From NCBI GenBank assembly GCA_964651205.1, contig CAZYXM010000004.1, forward strand, positions 1 to 15,853: a stretch of DNA of 15,853 nt, read 5' to 3'. Shown piece by piece: positions 6,833 to 13,262 of this stretch; within the stretch, counting starts at the first letter, position 1, and each line of letters begins with the position of its first letter. A program made the translations under genes and the position numbers. The DNA comes from Candidatus Woesearchaeota archaeon (GTDB taxonomy: Archaea > Nanobdellota > Nanobdellia > Pacearchaeales > GW2011-AR1). The notes below the pieces were generated by a model that had not been told where the DNA came from, did no database searches, and saw only the letters and a list, made by a program, of their open reading frames with translations.

Positions 6833-7150
6833 ATGGATATAACAGATTCAAACTTTAAAGAGAAAGTTATTGAGAGATCAAAAGATGTTCCAGTAATAGT
6901 GGACTTTTGGGCTTCTTGGTGTGGTCCTTGTTTAATGTTGAAACCAATTATGGATAAACTTGCTTCTGAGTATAAAGATAAGGTCGATATTGTAAAATTA
7001 AGTGTGGAGGAAAATCAACAAACAGCTTCGGAATATGGTATAATGTCTATCCCAGCTGTTAAAATGTTTAAAGGTGGGAAGGTAGTTGATGAATTCCTTG
7101 GAGCAAGACCAGAACAAGATGTTCGTGAATGGATTGATTCTAATTTATAA
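6833..7150 (+). CDS. trxA: Thioredoxin
   Basis: 105 aa. VDFWASWCGPC is the WCGPC active site, and the thioredoxin fold length fits, including the cis-Pro region SIPAVKMFKGG. Confidence 0.92.
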   Translation: MDITDSNFKEKVIERSKDVPVIVDFWASWCGPCLMLKPIMDKLASEYKDKVDIVKLSVEENQQTASEYGIMSIPAVKMFKGGKVVDEFLGARPEQDVREWIDSNL

Positions 7151-7261
7151 CTTTAGTATAATAAATTTTAAAAGACAACATTCCTTGATATTTTAATGCC
7201 AGCACAATTAACAAGATTTTCTGAAGAGACCCCTCAAAAGGTTTGTCTATTAATCCTCCCC

Positions 7262-7596
7262 GGTGTTGACTTTTATTATGTAAGAAGAAAATTACAAAGA
7301 GCGATGGGCCATCTTGTTGAGGAAGTTTGCGATTGGTGTCCAAGTAGAAACCCAATAACCAGGGCACTTATTCACCCACACCCAAACCAACCCCAAAACA
7401 GGATGGTTTATTCTATTCGTTTTAATGACAAACACCCACTCGGCCCCCTTGTCCAGTTTCATTATCCGAGTTATATAGAACCAGAAATCTTGCAAACAGA
7501 TCCGAGAAGAGAAGCAATAATAAGGGTAGCAAGAATGACTGGATATTTGGCCATAACAACCGATTGTGCAAACCACAATATTTCATTACCCTTTTT
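7262..7596 (+). ncRNA. rnpB: Structured non-coding RNA, candidate RNase P RNA (archaeal type A-like); ends approximate
   Basis: The segment is locally GC-enriched and has no credible CDS. Nested helices found by eye: 7262-7269/7583-7590, 7274-7280/7574-7580, hairpin 7294-7317, then GAGGAAG (7319-7325, CR-I-like) leading into helix 7325-7336/7560-7573. The 3' strand of that helix is preceded by AUAACAA (ACAGAA-like, CR-V). GAAUGACUG at 7533-7541 matches the string near CR-IV of bacterial RNase P. Further hairpins: 7336-7341/7362-7367, 7384-7392/7401-7409, 7452-7463/7534-7543. Several G-U pairs work only on the + strand. A T5 run at 7592-7596 could be the terminator. Confidence 0.5.
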
Positions 7597-7610
7597 ACCA
7601 AGACCGAGAA

Positions 7611-7681
7611 TGGGCGCAGGAGGAATCGAACCCCCAGCTGTCGGTCTGGAGCCGACTATTTTACCATTAAACTACGCACCC
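7611..7681 (-). tRNA. tRNA-Trp (anticodon CCA), no intron, no encoded CCA end
   Basis: The reverse complement folds as a cloverleaf. Acceptor GGGUGCG/UGCGCCC (two G-U pairs). D arm GUUU-AAUGGUA-AAAU. Anticodon arm GUCGG-CUCCAGA-CCGAC. Variable loop AGCUG. T arm GGGGG-UUCGAUU-CCUCC. Discriminator A. Confidence 0.9.
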
Positions 7682-7706
7682 AGTAATTCCTCTGTATAAA
7701 CCAAGA

Positions 7707-7725
7707 TTTATAAAACTATTTAAAA
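7707..7725. promoter_or_regulatory. Back-to-back TATA boxes for tRNA-Trp (- strand) and DNA ligase (+ strand)
   Basis: TTTATAAA (7707-7714) is about 29 nt from the tRNA 5' end at 7681. TTTAAAA (7719-7725) is about 24 nt from the ligase ATG at 7746. Confidence 0.5.
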
Positions 7726-7745
7726 CAATTCTTCTTTAGAAAAAT

Positions 7746-9443
7746 ATGGATTACAAAAATATTTCAGAGGTATATCAGAAACTTGAAGCAACTACAAGGG
7801 GCCTTGAAAAAACAAAAATTCTTGCAGAATTTTTGAGTAAATTAAAAGATAAAAAACCCTTTGAAAGAGAAGCAGTCTATTTATTACAAGGCAGAGTTTT
7901 TCCAGATTATGATAAAAGAGAGCTGGGGCTTTCAATACAGCTAATAATCAAAATAATTTCACAAACAACTGGCTCTTCAGAAGAAGAAGTTATCATGAAA
8001 TTCAAAGAGCACGGGGATTTAGGAAAAGCAGCAGAAGATTTAATTGCAGAAAAAAAGCAATCAACATTATTCTCAAAAAAATTAACAACTGAAAAAGTTT
8101 TACAAAACTTACAAAAACTTCAAACTATAGAAGGTAAAGGCACAATTCCTAAGAAAATTTCTCTGGTTATTGAAATTCTGCACTATGCAACACCTCTCGA
8201 AGCAAGATACTTAATTAGAACAATTCTAGGGGATTTGAAGGTGGGGGTTGGTTCGGGGATACTCAGGGACGCCATAGTTGAATCCTGCTTTTCTCCAGAG
8301 ACAATTACAGAGAAGAAAGCAAAATCAGAATTAGTTCAAGAAGCATATGATAAGGCGACAGATTTTGCAGAAGTTTTTGAAAAAACTTGCACTGGAAAAC
8401 TTAATGAGATTGAACTAAGTCCTGGAAAGCCTGTAAAAGTCATGCTGTTCCCAAAAGCAAAGGATGTAGAAGATGCATTTCGTATTGTCGGAAAACCAGC
8501 AGCATTTGAATATAAGTATGATGGGTTTAGATTAATGATTAACAAAAGTGAGGATGGAGAAATAAAACTTTTCACAAGGCGATTGGAAAATGTAACTCAC
8601 CAGTTTCCAGACGTTGTCGAGGCTGTGAAAAAGAATATCAAAGCAAAATCATTTATAGTAGACTCTGAAGCAGTTGGCTTTGATCCAGAAACAAAAAAAT
8701 ACAAACCTTTTCAATATGTCTCTCAGAGAATAAGAAGAAAATACGAAATAGAAAAATTAACAAGAGAACTCCCAATAGAGATAAATGTTTTTGATATCAT
8801 ATTTCACGATGGAGTATCATTAATTTCAGAACCTTTTGAAAAAAGATTGAGAGTTCTGAAAAAGATAGTCAAACCAGAAAAGTATAGGATAAGATTCGCA
8901 GAGCAGATAATCACAGATGATGAAAAAGCAGTAGAAAATTTTTATAATGAGGCTTTGGAAGATGGACAAGAGGGTTTAATGGCAAAGAGCTTGCAAGCAG
9001 TTTACAAACCAGGAGCAAGAGTTGGTTATGCTGTTAAACTAAAACCAGATGCAAGAGATTTTGATTTAGTTATAACCGGAGCAGAATGGGGGACAGGGAA
9101 ACGGGCGGGGTGGCTAACAAGTTTTGATGTTTCATGTCAAAACAGCGAAGGAGAATTAATAGAAATCGGAAAAGTTTCAACAGGATTAAAAGAAAAAAGA
9201 GAACAAGGGTTAAGCTTTGCAGAATTAACAGACTTACTTAGACCTTTAATTGAAAAAGAGCAAGCAAAACATGTTGAAGTTAAACCAGAGGTTATAGTTA
9301 CTATTGGTTATCAGAATATACAGAAATCTCCGTCGTATTCTTCTGGCTTTGCAATGAGATTTCCTAGATTAATTTCTCTTCGACCTGACCGCGGTATTAG
9401 TGATATCGCAGTATTAGACGAAGTTGAAAAAGAGGCTGAATAA
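7746..9443 (+). CDS. lig: ATP-dependent DNA ligase
   Basis: 565 aa. It has the adenylation motif I EYKYDGFR (KxDG), DSEAV (motif III), EGLMAK (motif IV) and VKLK (motif V-like), plus an OB-fold C-terminus and the conserved FPR (MRFPRLISLRPD). Confidence 0.93.
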   Translation: MDYKNISEVYQKLEATTRGLEKTKILAEFLSKLKDKKPFEREAVYLLQGRVFPDYDKRELGLSIQLIIKIISQTTGSSEEEVIMKFKEHGDLGKAAEDLIAEKKQSTLFSKKLTTEKVLQNLQKLQTIEGKGTIPKKISLVIEILHYATPLEARYLIRTILGDLKVGVGSGILRDAIVESCFSPETITEKKAKSELVQEAYDKATDFAEVFEKTCTGKLNEIELSPGKPVKVMLFPKAKDVEDAFRIVGKPAAFEYKYDGFRLMINKSEDGEIKLFTRRLENVTHQFPDVVEAVKKNIKAKSFIVDSEAVGFDPETKKYKPFQYVSQRIRRKYEIEKLTRELPIEINVFDIIFHDGVSLISEPFEKRLRVLKKIVKPEKYRIRFAEQIITDDEKAVENFYNEALEDGQEGLMAKSLQAVYKPGARVGYAVKLKPDARDFDLVITGAEWGTGKRAGWLTSFDVSCQNSEGELIEIGKVSTGLKEKREQGLSFAELTDLLRPLIEKEQAKHVEVKPEVIVTIGYQNIQKSPSYSSGFAMRFPRLISLRPDRGISDIAVLDEVEKEAE

Positions 9444-9450
9444 TTTTTTT
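9444..9450 (+). terminator. Oligo-T tract (T7, then CTAGG) immediately after the ligase stop
   Basis: Seen directly in the sequence; it follows the TAA at 9441-9443. Confidence 0.45.
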
Positions 9451-9474
9451 CTAGGAAATCACCTAAAACAAAGC

Positions 9475-9482
9475 TTTATAAA
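9475..9482 (+). promoter_or_regulatory. TATA box (TTTATAAA) for tbp
   Basis: Context is AAGCTTTATAAAG, centred about 30 nt upstream of the ATG at 9509. Confidence 0.45.
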
Positions 9483-9508
9483 GCAAAATCATTTAAAAAG
9501 CCTATAAG

Positions 9509-10093
9509 ATGGTTAAAAGTGATTCTCTAAAAGTTCAGAATATCGTCGCTACGACTTCTCTTGAGAAGGAAGTTTCTTTGTCAAAATTAGCAAGAACACA
9601 ACCAAATACAGAATATAATCCAGAAACATTCCCAGGTCTTGTTTTAAGAATCAAAAAACCAAAGTCAGCAGTCTTAGTTTTCTCTTCAGGAAATCTAGTT
9701 TGCACAGGTGTTAAATCTGTCGCGCAAGTAAAAGAAGTTGTTGACCAGGTAATAAAACAGTTAAGAAAGATTGGGGTAAGAGTCACAATAAAACCAAAAA
9801 TCAATGTTCAGAATATTGTTGCATCTGGAGCAATAAATCTTGACTTGAATTTGAATACTCTTTCATTAGAATTAGAAAACACAGAATATGAACCAGAACA
9901 ATTCCCTGGTTTAGTTTACAAATTAGAAGATCCCACTGCGACATTTTTATTATTTAGTAATGGAAAACTTGTTTGTACTGGAACAAAAAACAAAGCACAG
10001 TTAGAAGATTCTATGAAACAACTTAATAAGAATGTGCGTGCTGCCTTGAGAAGGTTGAAGGCTGGCGGGTCTAAGGTTGGTTCTGAGTTTTAA
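9509..10093 (+). CDS. tbp: TATA-box binding protein
   Basis: 194 aa with the two direct TBP repeats: VQNIVATTSL...EYNPETFPGLVLRIKKPKSAVLVFSSGNLVCTG and VQNIVASGAI...EYEPEQFPGLVYKLEDPTATFLLFSNGKLVCTG. Confidence 0.93.
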   Translation: MVKSDSLKVQNIVATTSLEKEVSLSKLARTQPNTEYNPETFPGLVLRIKKPKSAVLVFSSGNLVCTGVKSVAQVKEVVDQVIKQLRKIGVRVTIKPKINVQNIVASGAINLDLNLNTLSLELENTEYEPEQFPGLVYKLEDPTATFLLFSNGKLVCTGTKNKAQLEDSMKQLNKNVRAALRRLKAGGSKVGSEF

Positions 10094-10287
10094 TTGAAAG
10101 GAGAGGTCAAGATTTGGTATGCAATTTTCCAATCAACTTCCCTGTACGCTTCTTCTCCTGATGAAAGTTTTCTTTTTACTCCAAACCTTAGGATGTTTCT
10201 TGCAGTTATTTCGGTTGTCACAAGATCTGTTAGTTTTTCTTGAGCATCCCTTTTATCCCAATAAACAATTCCATTATGTTTCTCCAT
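10090..10287 (-). CDS. Small hypothetical protein (65 aa)
   Basis: ATG start with a TATA-like element (reverse complement of 10308-10315) about 25 nt upstream, the same spacing as the confident genes. Amino-acid composition is typical for the window. No family recognised. Its stop shares the tetranucleotide TTAA (10090-10093) with the tbp stop. Confidence 0.55.
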   Translation of the reverse strand: MEKHNGIVYWDKRDAQEKLTDLVTTEITARNILRFGVKRKLSSGEEAYREVDWKIAYQILTSPFN

Positions 10288-10307
10288 AATTTCTTAAGGT
10301 TTTCTTT

Positions 10308-10315
10308 ATTTTTAA
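10308..10315 (-). promoter_or_regulatory. TATA-like box for the 65-aa gene
   Basis: The reverse complement is TTAAAAAT, centred 24.5 nt upstream of the ATG at 10287. Confidence 0.45.
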
Positions 10316-10388
10316 GAATTGTTGTAATAAAAAAATCCCCCAGGAATTTCACATTTCTATTATATTTTTAAATTAGTTAAATGTAAAA

Positions 10389-10551
10389 TCCCGCCACCAA
10401 GAATCGAACTTGGATACTGCGGGTTCTGCAGACGTTCTTGCGAACAATCGACCCTCAGCAATGAGCTAATCGCATTTCATCCTTGTCCTCTTCAGAGGAA
10501 TGTCCATGCTAATTTCTACAGCCACATGCTCTACCGTTGAGCTATAGCGGG
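10389..10551 (-). tRNA. tRNA-Tyr (anticodon GUA) interrupted by a 92-nt intron at or next to the canonical 37/38 site
   Basis: Reverse complement: acceptor CCCGCUA/UGGCGGG with C1-G72, the archaeal/eukaryal tRNA-Tyr identity pair, and discriminator A73. D arm GCUC-AACGGUA-GAGC. Anticodon stem UGUGG...CCGCA, loop start CU-GUA-G. T arm CCAAG-UUCGAUU-CUUGG. The intron 3' segment CUGCAG pairs with the loop CUGUAG, as expected for a splice-site helix. TTTT follows the 3' end. Confidence 0.85.
10424..10515 (-). other. tRNA-Tyr intron (92 nt; the junction could shift by 1 nt)
   Basis: This is what remains after removing exons that reconstitute a 71-nt cloverleaf. It contains hairpins CCUC-UGAA-GAGG and GUUC-GCAA-GAAC (a GNRA loop). 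Confidence 0.7.
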
Positions 10552-10574
10552 ATAATAATTCTAGCTTTATTTGA

Positions 10575-10582
10575 TTTTTAAA
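10575..10582 (-). promoter_or_regulatory. TATA-like box for tRNA-Tyr
   Basis: The reverse complement is TTTAAAAA within CTTTAAAAATC, centred about 27 nt upstream of the tRNA 5' end at 10551. Confidence 0.5.
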
Positions 10583-10604
10583 GTTTGTTACAGGACAATA
10601 ATCC

Positions 10605-10611
10605 TTAAATA
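10605..10611 (+). promoter_or_regulatory. TATA-like box for the orphan ORF or transcript starting near 10633
   Basis: CCTTAAATA has the same form as the thermosome box and is centred 25 nt upstream of the ATG at 10633. Confidence 0.45.
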
Positions 10612-10632
10612 CCACTGTTATTAAAATGGTTT

Positions 10633-11049
10633 ATGGACACCTTGAGGGTATACTTAATTTTGCATGATTTTCCTAAAAGTCGAAATGACATGACTAGCTT
10701 TTTTGAGAACCGTAGCAAGCCATATCTTGGAGGGCCTTATGAGGTTTCTACAAGAACTGGAAGGATGAGAAGACCAAAAGATAGGGGCTCTAGGGATGGG
10801 GTGGGGGTGGGTATTAGATATTCAGAGCAAAAAGAGCGCATAGGCCAGATTGGAAAATTGTTAAATGGCGAGCAAGCAAGAAAAAACGTAGTTATGATGG
10901 GCACGGCTTTTTGGAGGGGCGGTCATCATGAAGTAAGATTTTATGTAAATGGTGAACATTGTCTGTATGCAAATAATGAAGACATCCAAGACATAGGAAG
11001 ACATCTAAGAAGAACAGAAGCCCAAGGCCAAACTACTCCTCTTTCTTAA
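10633..11049 (+). CDS. Orphan hypothetical protein (138 aa), Arg/Gly-rich, atypical composition; coding status uncertain
   Basis: ATG start exactly 25 nt downstream of a CCTTAAATA TATA-like box, the same geometry as the confident genes. The strand is purine-rich with no internal stops over 417 nt. However, GC looks higher than the neighbours, CGN Arg codons are used, there is an internal T6 run, and 17 nt overlap the convergent gene end. No family recognised. Confidence 0.4.
   Translation: MDTLRVYLILHDFPKSRNDMTSFFENRSKPYLGGPYEVSTRTGRMRRPKDRGSRDGVGVGIRYSEQKERIGQIGKLLNGEQARKNVVMMGTAFWRGGHHEVRFYVNGEHCLYANNEDIQDIGRHLRRTEAQGQTTPLS
10784..10811 (+). other. Canonical G-quadruplex-forming motif
   Basis: GGGGctctaGGGatGGGGtGGGGGtGGG has five G runs of 3 or more within 28 nt, with loops of 5, 2, 1 and 1 nt. 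It lies on the sense strand of the orphan ORF. Confidence 0.6.
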
Positions 11050-12403
11050 TCTGTTCAGATAAAAAATAAACTTTGTTTGATGCAACTTCACTGATTTCAT
11101 TCTCAGATTCAAAAACAGCAAGTGCAGAAGGAAGAACAAACTTTCCAACAACACCGACTTTTGAATAAACAACATAGGAGAAGAATCTTTCTTCGCCAGG
11201 ATTCAAATTTCCAATATTCCATTGCAATCTTCTTTCTTTTGTATCAATCTTATCTGGTTTTACTGTTTCGAATTTTTCATAAACTTTTACTATTGCTGGA
11301 ATTCTATCAATCAAAGAAACATTTTCAACAGGTTTTCTTGACTTCACATTTAATCTAACACGCAATGCAAATTGCCCCCCCTTTGTTTTCACAGGTTGGA
11401 CAGATTTTTCAACCTCCACAATATTCTGATTATACATTCGTATTGAAAAAACCACAATCACCAAAAATAAAATAATAATCAATGGGAAGATATAATTTGT
11501 TTTTGCTTTTATCAACAAAACTTCTGAAGGTTTTAATGTTCTTGTCCAAGAATATGTGATTGAAAACCCCTCCCTATCAACAACATCCGGATCCAAATTG
11601 AAAAAAGTAAATAATCTTGTGATTAAACCTCTTTGAGCAGAGACAGAAACTGTTTCTTGCACATTTCCGAAGTTTGTTTTTCTTATAGTCTGGGTTCTTA
11701 TTAAAAAACCTTCAATAGTCTCTTCACTGTCTACCCCCTTTTTTTCACCAAGGTAAACCCTCCCCTCAATATCTTTTTTTCCAGCAGGGGTTGTAAATTC
11801 TCCTTTTAATAAATATGAACCCGCTTCGATTGTTTTAAGGTTTTCTTTGTCAACATTCACAGTAAACTCTTTTTTTGCCAAGGGTTCAATATTAAACGTC
11901 TGTTCTGTTTCAAAAAATATAGAAGAGAATTTTGCTTTTACATTCTTAATCTCTGTTGGTTCTTTGTTTTTTATGTAAAATGTCATTTGCCCTGCATCAG
12001 GATTATTTGAATCAGAAGAAAGTTCAAGTGCGTCTTGTAATGTTACAAGTTTTACAAGCATTTTATCTTTTGTTGTCCCCCCATCTAATTTTTTTATAAA
12101 ATACTCAAAACTGTAGGATCCTTCTTTTTTTAGTGAATCTGTTGGATAAACATAAACCACGACCTCATTTTTTATTGGATTAAGATAAATCGGAGAACTT
12201 GGCAAGATTCTCACATCGGTTAGAGTATAAATTGAATATGTTCCTTCTTCAGCACCTGTAATTGTCAATTTTACTTTTGCAGGTTGATTTAAATCAGTAA
12301 TCACGACATTAGTAGAATAATCTTTTTCTATGCTCATCGCAAGTACAGAAGGTAATACTAACAAGAACCCAAAAATTAACACTAAGACTAAACTCTTTTT
12401 CAT
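11033..12403 (-). CDS. Signal-peptide-bearing envelope protein with an internal TM anchor and a C-terminal DUF11/CARDB-like beta-sandwich
   Basis: The ORF track begins at a TTG (12454). I use the ATG at 12403, which has TTTATAAA 25 nt upstream and gives MKKSLVLVLIFGFLLVLPSVLA, a classic signal peptide. The body is beta-rich. There is a TM helix at IFPLIIILFLVIVVFSI. The C-terminal region has V-x-N-V-S-L-I-D-R-I-P...L-Q-W-N-I-G-N-L-N-P-G-E...Y-V-V, resembling the conserved-repeat (DUF11) pattern. Confidence 0.75.
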   Translation of the reverse strand: MKKSLVLVLIFGFLLVLPSVLAMSIEKDYSTNVVITDLNQPAKVKLTITGAEEGTYSIYTLTDVRILPSSPIYLNPIKNEVVVYVYPTDSLKKEGSYSFEYFIKKLDGGTTKDKMLVKLVTLQDALELSSDSNNPDAGQMTFYIKNKEPTEIKNVKAKFSSIFFETEQTFNIEPLAKKEFTVNVDKENLKTIEAGSYLLKGEFTTPAGKKDIEGRVYLGEKKGVDSEETIEGFLIRTQTIRKTNFGNVQETVSVSAQRGLITRLFTFFNLDPDVVDREGFSITYSWTRTLKPSEVLLIKAKTNYIFPLIIILFLVIVVFSIRMYNQNIVEVEKSVQPVKTKGGQFALRVRLNVKSRKPVENVSLIDRIPAIVKVYEKFETVKPDKIDTKERRLQWNIGNLNPGEERFFSYVVYSKVGVVGKFVLPSALAVFESENEISEVASNKVYFLSEQIKKEE

Positions 12404-12424
12404 AGTATTCAAATGTTTGAAGAT

Positions 12425-12432
12425 TTTATAAA
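12425..12432 (-). promoter_or_regulatory. TATA box (TTTATAAA) for the envelope protein gene
   Basis: Centred 25.5 nt upstream of the ATG at 12403. This supports the shorter start. Confidence 0.55.
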
Positions 12433-12450
12433 GATTTGTATGGTATCCTC

Positions 12451-12666
12451 TCAAGCACCTAGAAATTTCAATAATTCAAAAACCGCAAAAGCAGGCCAGA
12501 CAATAGCTTTCAAAAAGCCCAAAACCCCGCCCCAGAACCCCACCGCCGTGGAGATGTAATAAATAGCAGACCCAATAAACCCAAGACCATAAATAACACC
12601 ACCACACCCACCACACCCACCACCTGTGTTGCATACTTTCTTGTCTCTTTTTATTTTCTTTGCCAT
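12451..12666 (-). CDS. Small membrane protein (71 aa) with a basic N-terminus, a Gly/Cys-rich linker and two TM helices
   Basis: ATG start. Sequence: MAKKIKRDKKVCNTGGGCGGCGG, then two hydrophobic helices. It lies 35 nt downstream of the preceding gene. Its stop lies 47 nt upstream of the ATG (12403) I use for the next gene; it overlaps only the track's TTG-extended version of that ORF, by 4 nt. No family recognised. Confidence 0.6.
   Translation of the reverse strand: MAKKIKRDKKVCNTGGGCGGCGGVIYGLGFIGSAIYYISTAVGFWGGVLGFLKAIVWPAFAVFELLKFLGA
12602..12619. repeat. Perfect tandem duplication of a 9-mer (CCACACCCA x2) inside the 71-aa gene
   Basis: 12602-12610 equals 12611-12619, with partial copies flanking. 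It encodes the GGGCGGCGG stretch on the - strand. Confidence 0.8.
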
Positions 12667-12701
12667 TATATAATCGGTTTTAGTTAAGCTTTTTCAAAAG
12701 C

Positions 12702-13202
12702 TTATTTTTGACTCTCCAAATTTAAAAATGATTTGACATCTTCAACAAAAGACCTTGATTTATTAAACAGGTTGCCTTCTTGTTCATCTGTCGTTGTCCT
12801 TACAATGTATTTGTCATAAACTCCACGCAAGAATTTCAACCAAGCAGATTTTTCCCAGTTTTTTTCATAGTCCATAACGAGTATGCCTACAGTGGAAATC
12901 TTAACTTCGCCCTTGTTTGTTTTAACTTTTTTACCTTCGACAGTTCCTTCAGCATCATTCATTCCAAGAATATGCCATTTGATTTTCATTATTTGTTTAT
13001 AATAATCTGTAACTTTCTTTTCAGCTGTCCACTCAATCAGAATTTCTTTTCCTATTGCCTGAATTTTCTCAGCATATTTATCTTCAGACAAATCAAATTC
13101 TCCGTCTTTAAACCAAGAATAGCAAAAGTTGTATAAATCAGAATAAGTAAAGAAACCTTTATGTTTGACTTCTTGTTTGAAAACTTCTTTTTTCTCTACC
13201 AT
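12702..13202 (-). CDS. Hypothetical soluble protein (166 aa)
   Basis: ATG start with a TATA-like box about 29 nt upstream. K/E-rich composition is typical of the window. No family recognised. Confidence 0.7.
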   Translation of the reverse strand: MVEKKEVFKQEVKHKGFFTYSDLYNFCYSWFKDGEFDLSEDKYAEKIQAIGKEILIEWTAEKKVTDYYKQIMKIKWHILGMNDAEGTVEGKKVKTNKGEVKISTVGILVMDYEKNWEKSAWLKFLRGVYDKYIVRTTTDEQEGNLFNKSRSFVEDVKSFLNLESQK

Positions 13203-13226
13203 CTTTTATTTTTATAGAATTCTGCG

Positions 13227-13235
13227 TATTTAAAA
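13227..13235 (-). promoter_or_regulatory. TATA-like box for the 166-aa gene
   Basis: The reverse complement is TTTTAAATA, about 29 nt upstream of the ATG at 13202. Confidence 0.4.
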
Positions 13236-13262
13236 CTTTCTTGTTTAGTTATCTGTAAAAAT

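Noticed and set aside
7464-7535. SRP helix-8-like string (CAGAUCC-GAGA-AGAGAAGCAAUAAUAAGG) inside the candidate RNase P region
   Set aside because: The tetraloop would be closed by a C-A mismatch and the flanking stem does not form. The RNase P-like nested architecture explains the whole region better.
7196-7699. 167-aa + strand ORF, plus the overlapping - strand ORFs 7292..7576 and 7140..7367
   Set aside because: The + strand ORF reads directly through the tRNA-Trp gene. Its P/H/R-rich composition is unlike any credible protein in the window. Open frames on both strands are better explained by a GC-enriched structured RNA region.
10424-10515. Full box C/D sRNA (C, D', C', D) in the tRNA-Tyr intron
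   Set aside because: Only degenerate boxes are present (AUGGACA, GGAUGA) and the spacings are wrong (5 and 18 nt instead of about 12). I found no complementarity to the tRNA itself. It is kept only as a weak note inside the intron finding.
10633-11049. Possibility that the GC-richer interval is the SRP (7S) RNA
   Set aside because: A GGAA tetraloop hairpin (CAGAUU-GGAA-AAUUG) and a nearby GAGCAAGC look superficially like helix 8. However, the AGCA is 10 nt too far from the loop stem, the strand is purine-rich with few complementary C-rich partners, and I found no 5'/3' closing helix.
12404-12454. N-terminal extension of the envelope protein (MRGYHTNLYKIFKHLNT)
   Set aside because: It begins at a TTG and contains the gene's own TTTATAAA box. 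The ATG at 12403 gives a textbook signal peptide at the correct 25-nt spacing.
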